The notes beneath the pieces are model-generated. The model ran no database searches and had not been told where the DNA came from. It worked only from the letters and a program-made list of their open reading frames with translations. Below, one piece after another: positions 1 to 12,834 of a stretch of 64,000 nucleotides of DNA (position 1 is its first letter; every line of letters begins with the position of its first letter). Position numbers and translations under genes: made by a program. The stretch spans positions 72,664,001 to 72,728,000 of the forward strand of contig NC_086375.1 in the NCBI RefSeq assembly GCF_036588685.1, read 5' to 3'. The stretch is from Mytilus trossulus (Eukaryota).

Positions 1-1009
1 AACAAAATAAAAAATGAATGTATCTGAAACCATGAGCTACTTTTCAAAGTCTTTATAATATGATTCTACACTGTATTGTCTACCTTTAAACATAAAATTG
101 TAAAGTTTGTGTAATTGTAAAGATGTATACGTTTGGAGTGGGGTCATGTATAATGGAGAAATTTTAGAGCTTTGAACGCGACTTCCAAGAAAAATCATTT
201 TCCTCACATGTATAACAGTACAATAATAGTGAACAAACTTTTTATGTTTTTAGTAGTACTGTTACAAATGAAGAATTGCAAATTGCGGAATTCCAAAATC
301 CGGTGTTTCATATATACTTTTAAGAATTTCAATGTTGGGATGTTGATTCTTTTGGCGTTCTTTACGTTCTGATATAATAAATGTTCGAGAAATGGATATT
401 TTTATTTCCAATCGTCAATATAACAGAGAATAGTTATATGCATTGTTTTCTTACGTATTCGTGTTTTCTGTAAGGTCTGCGTTTAAGTATTAGATGTTCT
501 CGACTTTTGAGGTTTATTTGCTGTTTCCAAAATGTTTTGTATGCTCTTTTTTTCTCTTATTAATTTTTCATTGACAGTTATCTACTTTGTTTCGTATAAC
601 ATTGCGAGTCTTGAATCGAAAGGAAATTAGCACTATTGTTTACTTTAATTATTTCATAATTGCTCAATGTGTTCTCGCACTTAGATAAGTGTTCACATTT
701 CGATGCTCAAAGTTAATTGATTTTGTTAGGACAGTGTGATGGGAAAAGTAAAAAATATGTTTTTGTGGAGCGTAAAAATTCCGGCTATTAAAATGGTGGT
801 GACGTGGTTTAGACAGGCAAAATGAAACAAGGGATATTTGACTGTTTATAACATTAGTAGAACAAAAAAAATAAATTTTTTACTACATCGAAACATGTGA
901 AAATAAGATAATTGAAACCGTAGTATATTGCAAGTCAAAACTTAACTACTCGTTGCATATGTTTGTCAAATATAATGAAAATAACTAAATCAATACATAT
1001 GTTGCACTG

Positions 1010-1137
1010 CTAGTGTCCAACTTTAATTCTAGAAAAGGATGAATAGTAGTCTCCTTTCACAAACGCTGTGATCCTAGTGTCCAACTTTTGTTCCAGAAAA
1101 GGATGAATAGAAGTCTCCTCTCATACACCCTGTGATC
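1010..1137. repeat. 64-bp tandem duplication covering the last 21 codons (including stop) of C1qDC gene 1
   Basis: 1010-1073 matches 1074-1137 with 8 mismatches in 64 nt. Confidence 0.9.
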
Positions 1138-2018
1138 CATCCGGGAATCATTTTGATACCTACTTTATCACCAGTCTTCAAATTTAGAATCACACTCACG
1201 AATCCTGCTCCTTCACGGACATCTTTTGCAGCATATCCCCGTGCTATCTCATTTCCATTCTTTGTAAGCTTAATGTTTACATAACCATCGTCTACTAGAA
1301 ATACTGACGTAAACATGAAAAGACCATCTATCGGAGTGGAAAAAACTCCTCCTGTTTTGTTATATCCATGTCCGATATTTGTCACTACGTGATCAAATGC
1401 AATATAATTCGTTCCATCACTCAACACATTTTTCGTGAGCAAAGCTGAGAAAACCACAATTGTCCTACTCGATCCTTCGTTTGACTTACTGGAAACGTTG
1501 AACATTAACTGGTCCAGTTGTGTGTCTAGATTTCTTAACATTGATTCTGTAGCGTTGCTCATATGTTCTTCAGCCGTTTTTTTATTTGAATCTATGTCGT
1601 TATTAATTTGTTTTTCAAAATCTAAATATTTGTCTCGAATGTCACCAGTGATATCGCTAATTTCATTATCAACCTTAGATAATATTGCCGATTCTGTAAC
1701 GTTCAATTTGTGATTAAATGTCCTAGTTAAATTCGAACCAAGTTGTTTGATTTTAGCAGTGGTTTCAGTAAATTTGTTCATTATTTTTCCCAAAACAATA
1801 TCTTCAATAGTCTTATCCCTAAGTGCGTCTATCTTTTCACTAAGTTTGAGAAACAGTTCATCAGTGATATTTCCTGCGGCATCCTCTACAGCTCTCTTTA
1901 GATTTTCATCCAATGTTTGAGGAAAAGGAATACTTGGTGTGATATCGCTCCCCCATCCCACTTGCAGATTCCATGAAACGAAGTATATTATAAACCAACC
2001 ATATGATATTCTCGCCAT
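1074..2018 (-). CDS. Secreted C1q-domain-containing protein (signal peptide + coiled coil + gC1q), intronless CDS, 314 aa
   Basis: Hydrophobic N-terminus and helical middle. C-terminal gC1q motifs VVFSALL, FDHVVTNIGHGYN, GVFSTPIDGLFMF, LNLKTGDKV, SSFSG. Several NxS/T sequons. Confidence 0.93.
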   Translation of the reverse strand: MARISYGWFIIYFVSWNLQVGWGSDITPSIPFPQTLDENLKRAVEDAAGNITDELFLKLSEKIDALRDKTIEDIVLGKIMNKFTETTAKIKQLGSNLTRTFNHKLNVTESAILSKVDNEISDITGDIRDKYLDFEKQINNDIDSNKKTAEEHMSNATESMLRNLDTQLDQLMFNVSSKSNEGSSRTIVVFSALLTKNVLSDGTNYIAFDHVVTNIGHGYNKTGGVFSTPIDGLFMFTSVFLVDDGYVNIKLTKNGNEIARGYAAKDVREGAGFVSVILNLKTGDKVGIKMIPGWITGCMRGDFYSSFSGTKVGH

Positions 2019-2604
2019 TTTGTTTTAGTTTTTCTTTAATTATCATACACTTTCAGCTTATAAGAATGTATAAGTATATTTTATGTCGGTTTATAATTGA
2101 GTATTTCCGCAAATAAGGTTGATAAGATACCAATTATTTCAGTATTTTGAAATATAACATACTCTTTGTAACTTGATGTTATATAATTACATATTACTTG
2201 CATTCTCGAGAAAATGATATCGAATATAGCTATTTCACAAGGCATTGCATTTCCAGTTTTGCCATTTCGGAAACTGGTCAAACTTTTGTTCACCTGTTTA
2301 TAGTTTACAGTCAATTGCTGTCAGGTCTTGTTAAAATTGAATAAAAAAAGACCCATTTGTGGCCTTCGGCTGTTGTCTGCTCTATGGTCGGGTTGTTGTC
2401 TCTAACACAATCCCCATTTCCATTCTTCATCTTATTACAGATATTTTCCGTCACTTTTAATTTAATCATTTAAAGATTGCAAAAAATAAAATAACTTAAA
2501 GTTCCCCATATCCAATCATGAAGCTACGAACTGATTATTTCGTACATCATTGTAATTGAATTTTTAAATACTTCAAAATCTCAATCCTATACAGTATATA
2601 TGAA

Positions 2605-2740
2605 ACGAATATATGGTATGATTGTCAATGACACACCTCTCCACAACACAACAGACCAAATGACACAGAAATTAACAACTATAGGTCACCGTACGGCCTT
2701 CAACAATGAACAACGCTCATAGCGCAAAGTCAGCTATTAA
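2605..2740. repeat. Fragment of an abundant dispersed repeat; related pieces near 10130-10260, 15115-15215, 46375-46560, 46990-47125, 50535-50615
   Basis: Recurrent motifs ggtatgattgtcaatgacac and cggccttcaacaatga occur in both orientations across the window. Confidence 0.55.
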
Positions 2741-3107
2741 TCTTATCAACAGGAAATTTTAATGTGCTATCAATGATTAATTCTATTTTTCAAATAAATG
2801 CTCTTTGTATAACCATGCATATGATAACTTTGTCTAAATGACGACTATACATCACTGTATCATGAGTATGGAGTAAATCTTTATTTAAATTGTTTTCTGA
2901 AAAATTGCTGGCATATCCAAATAAATTCCAAGATATAAATGTAGGTAACAAAACATAGGAGAAAATGCAGACTTTGAAAAAGAAATGGATACTTATTTTG
3001 GTAAAATGGATGAAAATACAATACACAAATAATATTTTCAATTAGTATATTTCATTATATCTCTTAGGAGTCCAAAGTGTATATTTAAGACGGCGTTTGC
3101 TTTTATC

Positions 3108-3490
3108 TAAATAAACTCATCATAGATACAAGGACTAAATTTAGTATATACGCCAGAAGCGCGTTTTGTCTACAAAAGACTCATAAGTGACGCTCGAATA
3201 AAAAAAAGTAAAAAAAAGGCCAAATAAAGTACGAAGTTGAAAAGCATTGAGGACCAAAATTCCTAAAAGTGTTGTCAAATACAGTTAAGGTAATCTATGC
3301 CTGAGGTAGAAAAGCCTCAGTATTTCAAAAATTTGTAAACAGTAAATTTATAAATATAACCATATCAATGGCAACTCTTGTCAGAACAAAGAGTGCTGAC
3401 TACTGGGTTTGTGATACCAGCAGTGGCATCGACTCAGTGGTTGTAAATAAACTCATCACAGATACCAGGACTTAATTAAGTATATACGAT
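3108..3490. repeat. Dispersed repeat; partial copies at about 12633-12757 and 51873-51950
   Basis: Shared motifs taaactcatcatagatac, tacgccagacgcgcgtt and agtggcatcgac..agtggttgtaaataaac; internal direct repeat. Confidence 0.6.
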
Positions 3491-4334
3491 AAATAGACTT
3501 CATAAATCTATAATACTATTTACTACTCATTTGTTTTGTCATTGTCTCTTTGAATGGAATGTTTTCAGTGAACAAATCTAAACGCAATTAAAATTGATAA
3601 CATTCAGGAACTTGTGCTCTACATTTAGGAAGCTAACTGCAGTTCTTAAAGATTTTTTGTTTGATAAGTAAAAATGTATATTTAGAACATTCGGTTAAGT
3701 ACAGATGTGTTTATGATCTTTAAAAAATAAAAAATAAGTGTCATCTATTTATTCAAGATATGGATGATATCAAAACTTGTGCTTATAATGTCAATTGTGG
3801 TATAAATGCTGAAATAACCCCGAAAAACATTTTATTTTAATGTAAGAAAAACTTTCAGTCATGGAGCAAGTAAAATGAAGAAAAAAAATCGAACTTCGAG
3901 GAAAATTAAAAAGTCCGTGATCAAATGGCAAATTCAAAAGCTTAATTACATCAAACGAATATTCTTGACTAAATGTAGGTATTTGTATCACTCTAAATAC
4001 AGAATATCATTCCACTGTATGTAAATGTGTATAGCAAAATAAGCATTTAAGTGGTTAAGACTATCTAGCGTGACATTGAATAAAACTACTTATTCCCTTG
4101 TGAGTATCATATTCCCCTCTTCGTGCGATGTTACGTGAGGTTAATGAACACAACGAAAATCAAAATTAAATCTGTATCCTGCTCAAAACCATTTAAATGT
4201 AACACGAAATGTATAAGTAAAATTGTCATAGAATGATTTTTTTTAAACATTATATATAGATATATTTAAGCTGGTGGTGGGTAACAAAATGTTATCAACA
4301 TGTGCTACCTCACTGTGCCACTCAATTAAAAAAA

Positions 4335-5186
4335 TGTAAGGGTTCCGCGGAACCCAGTGTCTCGCCTACTTTTGCTGTAACTCCCAGGCTCAACAAAAAT
4401 GAGGAAAATAATCAATAAAAATATTCCTCTTGATACTATCTTTTGATTGTAAGAAGCTTCTGTCCAAGTTTGGTGAAAATTTCAGGATAGTTTATGAATC
4501 GAATAAATGTTTGAAATTTAACTGCAGACTGTATGTAAAATTAACTGGATGATAAAGTAAGTCCATTTATAAGTAAAATACAGATACGCAGGTACCAAAT
4601 ATTGACAAAATTTCCTTTGTAGATACTAGCTTTTGATCATAAACAAGCTTCTGTCCAAGTTTGGTACAAATTTAAAATAGTATAAAAAAGTTATTAAATT
4701 TTTGTTTAAATTTAACCACAGAGTGAATGTGTTGTTTCCTGGCAAAAACCCTAAGTCCATTTATAAGTATAATACGGAAAAAATGAATGAATTTTTTTAC
4801 AAACTTTACTTCTGGATACTATCTTATGATCATAAACAAGCTTCTTTTCAAGTTTGGTAGAAATCCAGTATAGTTTAAGAAAGATATTCAAATTTTAAAA
4901 ACTTTAACCACAGAGTAAATGTAATGTTTCCCCGCAGAAAAACTAAGTCCATTTATAAGTAAAAATCAGAAAAAACAGAATTTTATTTTTTACAAAATTT
5001 ACTTCTGGATACTTTCTTATGATCATAAACAAGTTTCTGTCCAAGTTTGGTAGAAATCCAGTATAGTTTATGAAAGTTATTAAATTTTCAAAAACTTTAA
5101 CCACAGAGTGAATATTTGTTGACGACGCCGACGGAATGTAGGATCGCTCAGTCTCGCTTTTTCGACTTAAGTCGAAGGCTTGACAA
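4335..5186. mobile_element. Non-autonomous HINE/Helentron-like element (pearl/CvA-type architecture) with about 4 x 192-bp internal repeats
   Basis: Subterminal inverted motif tgtctcgcct/aggcttgaca; aagcttctgtccaagtttggt every 191-193 bp; gacgacgcc tract; 3' palindrome ttcgacttaagtcgaa. Second copy at 28466-29330. Confidence 0.8.
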
Positions 5187-5235
5187 AAAAGACTTATTCC
5201 GTTTATATTTTGAATTGCTTGCTTTGTATCACATG

Positions 5236-5450
5236 TAAAAAGTAAAATAACAAAACAGACCGAACTTCGAGAAAAAATTCTAAAGGGAAATTCCCTAATC
5301 AAATGGCAAATTCAAATGCTCAAGCCATCAAAAGAGTGGATTACTACTGTCATATTCCTGACGTGTAGTCCTGTCATGTAATGTTGTCCTTTTAGAGCTA
5401 TATTTCACATTACCATAAAAGCATCAGGTTTTGCTAGCTACAAAACCAGG
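5236..5450. repeat. Abundant dispersed repeat; copies at about 3865-3965, 6480-6690 (reverse), 60115-60340 (reverse)
   Basis: Shared motif aaaagtaaaataacaaaa...ccctaatcaaatggcaaattcaaa...ctgtcatattcctgac. Confidence 0.6.
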
Positions 5451-7295
5451 TCGCTTGTTTTTTGTTGCAATTTAATGTTTCTGTTGTTTCGTTGTTTTCC
5501 TCTCATAGTTAATGGTTGGTGTGTTTCCCTCGGTTTTAGTTTGTAGCCAGGATTTGTTTTCTCTCAATCGATTAATGACTTTTCGAACAGCGGTATACTA
5601 CTGTTACCTCTATTTGGCACATGCGTTTTCTTATGTAGAAAATGGTGGATTTAACCTAGTTTTATAGTTAGCTACAGCTTTCACTTGTATCACAGTCGCA
5701 TAAAATCCATTATATTGACTGACAACAATGTGTCAACAAAACAAACAGACACAATAAGTATAAATATATATAAATAAAAAAAAAACAATAATTTTATATA
5801 CACTGTATTTGCTTAGAGCCTTTATTCAATTAAATTTATTTATTTGATTTGCTATGTTTTCTAATTACACGTTCTTTTTGTTTATGCTTTCCTATAAGTT
5901 GTTTTGTCAATTCTATTTATGATGCTGCTTGCTATGAATCGTTTTTCATAGGATATATTGTTATTTTATGTAGTCAATTAAAAGAGATCCTGATTTGAGC
6001 TCGTGTTATGTCATATGAATTTGTTTCATAAAATTTGCTTAGTTTCTTACTTAACATCTTTGCAAGTGTCTTTCTCACATGACAGGTGTGTGCGATTCCA
6101 AACTAAATTGACTAAGGTTGTAACTTTTCCTGTGGAGGTTTCTCTCCGGGTTCCTCCACCAATCAAAACTAAACACACAATACAGCCCTGTTTAAACACT
6201 AACAATAGTAATCAATCAATTGATCTTTCTTACTAGATCCGATTTAGAACGACATCCCCATAGACAGCATTCAATTTAAACCATTTTTTTCAATACCATT
6301 TTGAAGAGCATATAACAATTTAAATCAAGATAGGACAAACATCCTATATACCTATATGTACCGACCTTGAAACATTAACAGAATCTTGATGATGTACATT
6401 TTGAGTCAACTACTAGTAGAGTAGTTCTGTCTTCAATAGCTTAATCTGTTTGTATTGTTCACATACCGGTTGTAAATATAATGGAATTTGATACGACTGT
6501 CATACAAGTCAGAGGTTTAGCTATCTATAAAACAAGATTAAATCCCCGATACAAAAAAAATGCATGTACCAAGTCAGAAATATGACATTTGTTATCCATT
6601 CGTTTAATGTGTTTGAACTTTTGAATTTGCCATATGATTAGGGACTTTCCTTTTTTTACCCTAGGAGTTTATTATTGTGATTCTATTTTTTACTTACATG
6701 GTACACTTAAATAAGTACTGCCACTTTAATGGTAAGTATGGTCGGAAATAGTTTTCACTAATGATGGCATAGAAATAGGTCAAGGAATTTTCAAGAGCAT
6801 GTATCTGTATATGCCGATTGTAAACACACTAAGTCGTAATAAGATATTCGCCAAAATTTTAACAGGATATTACACAAATTGGTCAACTATAATGTTTTAA
6901 ATCCTTCATCTAGTCAGGAGGGATAAATTGAATTTTAGGTCCTGAACGCTTTTCTTACAAATTATCTGTAAGTTTTAAATTTGATCAGTAGCAAATATGT
7001 TTACACAAATCTAAACAACGTTTCGATATGTTTTCTGGAAAGTTAATTGTAAAATAGCCTCATATCTATTTGTCAACAGTTCCTTTCTTGATAATTTGAT
7101 AATACATTATCTCTTCAAATAACACTTCTTGATTATATAGAAAATCTAATACGAATGCCAAAGAAATATTATGAAAACATTTTTATTTTATGTAAAGTGA
7201 TTATGTACATACCCGACATAATACACACGATATAGATATCCTGTTGGGTACAAAATCTAACATATGGGATAAGCATACCTAAGCTTTTATGAAAT

Positions 7296-8264
7296 TCATT
7301 TCAAAATGTATCCAGAAAAAGTGGTGTACAAATCTCCGCGAATTATTCCTGTGCTGTAATTGAGAAGTTTATGGCAATATACTTCGTCGCCTTCTTTCAA
7401 ATCTGTTGTAACAAATATGGAACCAGTATTTTCATGTCTTCCTCCCGCTGCGTATCCTCTTCCTATTTTATTATTGTTCCTCATGAGTTCTACATTTATA
7501 TAACCATTTACTACAAGAAATGAGCAATGAATACTATACAATCCATCAATAGGAGCAGTAAATAATCCTTCTGTGGCGGAGTATCCATTTCCAGAATTAG
7601 TTGTTATGTTGTCGAATATAATTATCTCACCATTCTGAGGAGTATTTTCGGAAAGTGTTGCAAAGAAAGCTATCATTTGTTCCACCTCTAATTCAAGGTT
7701 CGAAATTTTTTGGACCATTTGGTTTACTCTAGAACCAAGGATCGCACTAGTACTAGCAGAAATTGCATCCACATCACTTGACATATTCTTATATCTTCGT
7801 AAAACCTCCGTCTGTATAGCAGTCGTAGTTTTGGAAACGTACGACCGTATTTTACTTACAAATTGAATGATAGCGTGTTCAGTCTCATTTATTAATTTTA
7901 TTTTCGTATTGTTAATCAAATTGTCACATTCTGTCCTCTCTTTGTTCTGAATATAACTCAAAGATGTGTTGAAACTTGTATATTGAAGTAGTGTAGGAGC
8001 TTGTTGATGTAATAGGTCTTTAATCTGATTATTGGTTTCGCTTACGTTTTTAATCTTTCTGTCCAGCTTTAGAAATAGTTCCTCGCTCCTCTTTTCAATA
8101 AGTTCTTCTACTCTCTCCCCAATAATTGTCTGTAGTACCTTTATGAATTCTTTGTCACCATTGCTTATTTCAGGAACATTTTCTGGTACATCCCCCCGTT
8201 CTCCCGATACTTTATAGAACAACAGAAAACACAAAAGAAGTGAAAGATATGCACTCAATTTCAT
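7296..8264 (-). CDS. Secreted C1q-domain-containing protein, intronless CDS, 322 aa
   Basis: Signal peptide MKLSAYLSLLLCFLLF and coiled coil. gC1q motifs IAFFATL, FDNITTNSGNGY, GLFTAPIDGLYSIH, LKEGDEV, TTFSGY. Confidence 0.93.
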   Translation of the reverse strand: MKLSAYLSLLLCFLLFYKVSGERGDVPENVPEISNGDKEFIKVLQTIIGERVEELIEKRSEELFLKLDRKIKNVSETNNQIKDLLHQQAPTLLQYTSFNTSLSYIQNKERTECDNLINNTKIKLINETEHAIIQFVSKIRSYVSKTTTAIQTEVLRRYKNMSSDVDAISASTSAILGSRVNQMVQKISNLELEVEQMIAFFATLSENTPQNGEIIIFDNITTNSGNGYSATEGLFTAPIDGLYSIHCSFLVVNGYINVELMRNNNKIGRGYAAGGRHENTGSIFVTTDLKEGDEVYCHKLLNYSTGIIRGDLYTTFSGYILK

Positions 8265-8989
8265 CCTTTACAATGTTCTACAATAAGTTTATTTTCATAC
8301 ATAAAAATGAACGTACACGATTATATTATTTTAAGTACACACTTCTGTTATCCGGTTTATCTAGAAAACGTTTAAAAACTAAAGCAATCGGCTAAATGGA
8401 GAAATTATTATTTACCATTTTGTCTAAAATCTTAATCCAATAGATAATAAAAAGGTTAGTTTTCATTTTGACTGTCCGCCAGTCGTCAAGTCTTTAAAAT
8501 GGTTTCCAAAGTACAGATTTTATAGTGGTAGAATTTTAGGTGAGGTGATGAAATAAGCACGAGAGCTATTTGCTTAAGAAAAATCGTTGCTTACATATAA
8601 ATAGCACCTAGCGATTTCTTCTGAAAACATCAACTGTTGTAATTCTGTTCACATTGGGTCTCTGTACGTGAATTACATAGGAAATCTAGCTCAAAACTTG
8701 TATCGGATATATATCATCAAGTTTGAATGGTTATAATATATTTCTTTTTCTGTAAGTGTCTATTGTTTTAATGTGCTGATTAAATGAATCATAGATGTAT
8801 AAACCCATCTATGTATGAACTTACTTTACATGTGTGTATATGATGAAGACATTATAGTGCGGATTCACGTCTTTGACTTTAACGAATGCATTCTGTGTAT
8901 AATTGATAAAATATTAAATCAGAGATGTCATTCCCATAATGACCTAAACATTTACAAAATTGTTTTTTTCAAAGATACAAAGATTTGGT

Positions 8990-9640
8990 TTGGAAGTTTG
9001 TCTTTATCTTCATAACTTCACGGTGAAGCCTTTAAACTAGCTAAACATTTAGATACTGAAGGGGCATACTCTTGGTATACTTTTGCAAAAATCGTGTCAC
9101 AAGAAATAAATATTGAAATAAAACTTGTTGAAGAAACTAAGGCTTTAAAACAGAATAAAAAAAATAAAACTCTAACTAAAAAGAAATGTACTAACTATAA
9201 TAAAACTCTTATTGATGTTACAATAAATGACCTAACTGAAAACAACAAAACATATCTATATAAACTTAAATCTAATATAAATGACCAAATGGAATACTTC
9301 CTATCTCACCCGAATGACGAAACAAGAAAAATGTTAACCAAATTTAGAATAAACGATCGTCTTCTTTTAATAGAAAATGGACGATACACAAAAATACCAA
9401 GAAACGAAGGAAAAAGTAAAACATGTAATATCTTAAATGATAAATTCCAATTTTTCTTTATCTGTAAAATTGATAAAAATGAAAGAGAACCTTTTTAAAT
9501 ATTAATAGAAAATTTGGTCAATTTTAATACACTTAACTTTTAATAAACTGGTGATTACACTATGTCCAGCAACACCAAATGGTATAAAAAGAGTTGTTTC
9601 TTTTATTGAAGAGTTATTAGAACTTAGGAAAGGAGACCAA
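8990..9640 (+). mobile_element. Decayed 3' fragment of a LINE ORF2
   Basis: ORF 9094-9498 has LTKFRINDRLLLIENGRYTKIPRNE..TCNILNDKFQFFFIC, the typical post-RT C-terminal motif of invertebrate LINEs. Frames are broken. Confidence 0.7.
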
Positions 9641-10021
9641 TTACTGTTTTTAATATGTACATTATTATTATCGAGTTTTTCTTTTGTTTGTTATGTCTAT
9701 TTATTTGCTATAACCAAATTTTCTTTGTTTGTTTCCCAAATAAAGATATTGTATTAACAAGACAATTATGTAGCAAAGACCATGGAGAATGCACTTTCAA
9801 TGTGTTTGATTGCATTTAATGTTTAAATCATGTGTACTAGATTGATTATGCTATATTTTCTTATATCTTATATGAGTGCGATATTTTTTTTCTAATAGAA
9901 TAGCGACATGTTTATATTACGAAAAACTTATTGGCATTTACTAATGCAAGTTGCCTTATTGCTTACATCCACTTCAAAAAAATATTAAATCTTTGGTGGA
10001 AAGTTTTCTATCGTTGTCTAT

Positions 10022-10082
10022 CATATTTTTATAAAGATTGAATAGGCCCTATTAGGGCCTATTCAATCTTTTTAAAAATATG
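10022..10082. repeat. 61-bp near-perfect palindrome (30-bp arms, 1-nt spacer)
   Basis: catatttttataaagattgaataggcccta-t-tagggcctattcaatctttttaaaaatatg; one mismatch. Confidence 0.9.
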
Positions 10083-11324
10083 GCTATGACTGTTGACACT
10101 GACATTTCTTGAATGATATAAAATTAGGATATTGAGTATAATTGCTATAGTAACAACTGTCCAACAGAGTTGTAATTTGACATGAATTTCAGTAGTGCCA
10201 ACAAACGGCCTTCAACAATGAGGAAAAACAATATCGTATACAGTCAGCTATGACAGGACCCGACTTTGCAAAAGGTGAAACGATTCAAACAATCTAAAAC
10301 GACCGTCTTATGCATGACAAAACGATCAACTAAAAATAGATATAAAAGACAGCAATTAACGACCCACACTGCATACTAGTAACCGGCATCTGAATTATGA
10401 CAGGTACATACAGAATGTGGCTGCGTTAAACATATTTTAGAGCTTGCAATCCTCACTTTACCTGGGAAAAAAGTCTACAAGCATATATAAGAACTACATG
10501 TAACAATAAAGGGATGGATTCATCAGATCTTCATCAGCTCAGCATGAAGCACAAATAAAACAACCAACGTAAAAGAAAGACACAAATTGCCTTTCTTAAC
10601 CTTTCACCATTACCGAACGGAACAAAGAAATAACACGACGGGTGTCCTATACAGGGCAGAAAATGCTTACCCTTCCGGAGCACCTGACTTCACTCCAGGT
10701 TTTTAATGGACTTCATGTTGTTTCTTATTTATTATTTATAACTGTTGATGTAAATGTCTTTTGGTTTTGTGAGTCTTTATTTACTCCTTGGTTTTGATTG
10801 TTATTGTCTCAGGGTACATGCAGCTACTCAAAGTTACTTTTTTTTTACTTCTTTGTTTTGAGCAGTGTATTCCTTTTGGTATCGCTATGGTGTTAATGTA
10901 TTCCATCACTTTGCCCGTGTCTGTAGAGGTAGTGATGTGTTGGATTTCAACTAGCGTAATCTCTTTATGTATTACTGGTGAAACACTTAGTCAAAAGATT
11001 TCTTTACTTCATATTACTTAAAACCTTAACTTCATTCTGTCGTAGAAACAAATATTGTGTTTATATATAAAGTATGGCTGTATCTCGATTATTTGATAAT
11101 ATATTTATGAATATAACACTTTTTGATTATATAGAATGTTGAAAAATTAATTCAAATAAACTATTATGTAAACAACTTTATTTTAAGAATGGAAATGTGT
11201 ATAAAGTGAGTATGTACATCCTCGACAAACAGTCATTGAGTACAAATAAAAAGGTCACACATATAGTATAGACATCTTGCCAGATTAAAAGTCATATGAG
11301 TAAGAGGTACGCATACCTAAGCTT

Positions 11325-12278
11325 TTATAGAATGTATCCAGAAAAAGTGGTGTATAAATCTCCTCGAATTATTCCTGTACTGTAATCGGGAAGTCTATGG
11401 CAATATACTTTGTCGCCTTCCATTAAATCTGTTGTAACAAATATGGAACCAGTATTTTCATGTTTTCCTTCCGCTGCGTATCCTCTTCCTATTTTATTAT
11501 TGTTCCTCGTGAGTTCTACATTTACATAACCATTTACTACAAGAAATGAGCAATGAATACTATACAATCCATCAATAGGAGCAGTAAATAATCCTTCTGT
11601 GACGGAGTATCCATTCCCAGAGTTTGTTATGATGTTATCGAATTTAATTATCTCACCATTCTTAGGAGCATTGTCGGAAAGTGTTGCAAAGAAAGCTATC
11701 GGGTTTTCCACCTCTAATTCAAGATTTGAAATATTTTGGAGCATATTTTTTACTCTAGAACGCAGGAGCTCTGTTGTGCTAACAGAAATTGCATCAACAT
11801 CACTCAAAATGTCATTGTATCTTCGTAACACTCCCGTCTGTATAGCAGTCGTAGTTTTGGAAACGTAATCCCGCATTTTACTTACAAATTGAATGATATC
11901 GTGTTCAGTCTCATTTATTAATTTAGTTTTTCTATTGTTTATCAAACTGTCACATTCTCTCGTAACTTTTCTTTGAACATCACTTAAATCTGCGTTGAAA
12001 CTTGTATATTGAAACATTATTGGAGCTTGTTGATGTAAGAGGTTTGTTATCTGTTTGTTGGTTTCGCTTACGGTTTTAATCTTCCTTTCTAGCTTCAGAA
12101 ATAGTTTCTCGCTCCTAGTTTCAATAAGCTCTTCCGCTCTCTCCCTAATGATTTTCTGAAGTACCTTTAAGAATTCTTCGCTTCCATTGTTTATTTCTGG
12201 TACATCTCCTTGTCCTCCTGATGTTTTATAGAAGAACATAAAACACAAAAGAATTAAAAAATATTCACTCAATTTCAT
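11325..12278 (-). CDS. Secreted C1q-domain-containing protein, intronless CDS, 317 aa; close paralog of 7296-8264
   Basis: Same architecture and near-identical gC1q domain. Flanking 5' and 3' non-coding sequence is also homologous to the previous copy. Confidence 0.93.
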   Translation of the reverse strand: MKLSEYFLILLCFMFFYKTSGGQGDVPEINNGSEEFLKVLQKIIRERAEELIETRSEKLFLKLERKIKTVSETNKQITNLLHQQAPIMFQYTSFNADLSDVQRKVTRECDSLINNRKTKLINETEHDIIQFVSKMRDYVSKTTTAIQTGVLRRYNDILSDVDAISVSTTELLRSRVKNMLQNISNLELEVENPIAFFATLSDNAPKNGEIIKFDNIITNSGNGYSVTEGLFTAPIDGLYSIHCSFLVVNGYVNVELTRNNNKIGRGYAAEGKHENTGSIFVTTDLMEGDKVYCHRLPDYSTGIIRGDLYTTFSGYIL

Positions 12279-12834
12279 CCTTTAATATGTTCTAGCATCA
12301 GCTGATATTCTAACACATAAAATGGACGTGGATTATTATATAATTTCCTATTTTAAGTACACACTTCTGTTATCCGGTTTATCAAGACAGAAATTTGTCA
12401 AAAACTTTTGTAAAGCGGCTAATTGGAGAGAAAAAAATATTTACCATTTTGTATCAAATCTTAATCCAATAGATCATACTAATGGGAAGATTATTCTTGT
12501 CCGTCCGCCTGTCGTCAAGTCTTTAAATGGTCATGTAAAGTACGGATTTTATAATTGTAAAATTGTAGGTGAGGTGAACATATAATTATGAAAAATAAAA
12601 ATGAAAATAAATGAATTAAAATTCCCTGACCAATAAATAGTTATCAAAGGTACCAGGATTATAATTAAGTACGCCAGACGCGCTTTTCGTCTACATAAGA
12701 CTCACCAGTGACGCTCGTATCAAAATAGTTGTAAACCAAACAAATACAAAGTTGAAGTAGCATCTAACGAATTCTTCTGAAGGATCAACATGTATGTGAA
12801 GAACACATGAAACCTGGTTCAAAAACGGATATCA

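Noticed and set aside
9094-9498. 134-aa ORF as a host gene
   Set aside because: Matches a LINE ORF2 C-terminal remnant and has no ATG start or splice context.
1435-11868. Plus-strand ORFs 1435-1713, 8032-8217 and 11599-11868
   Set aside because: Antisense shadows of the C1qDC coding sequences.
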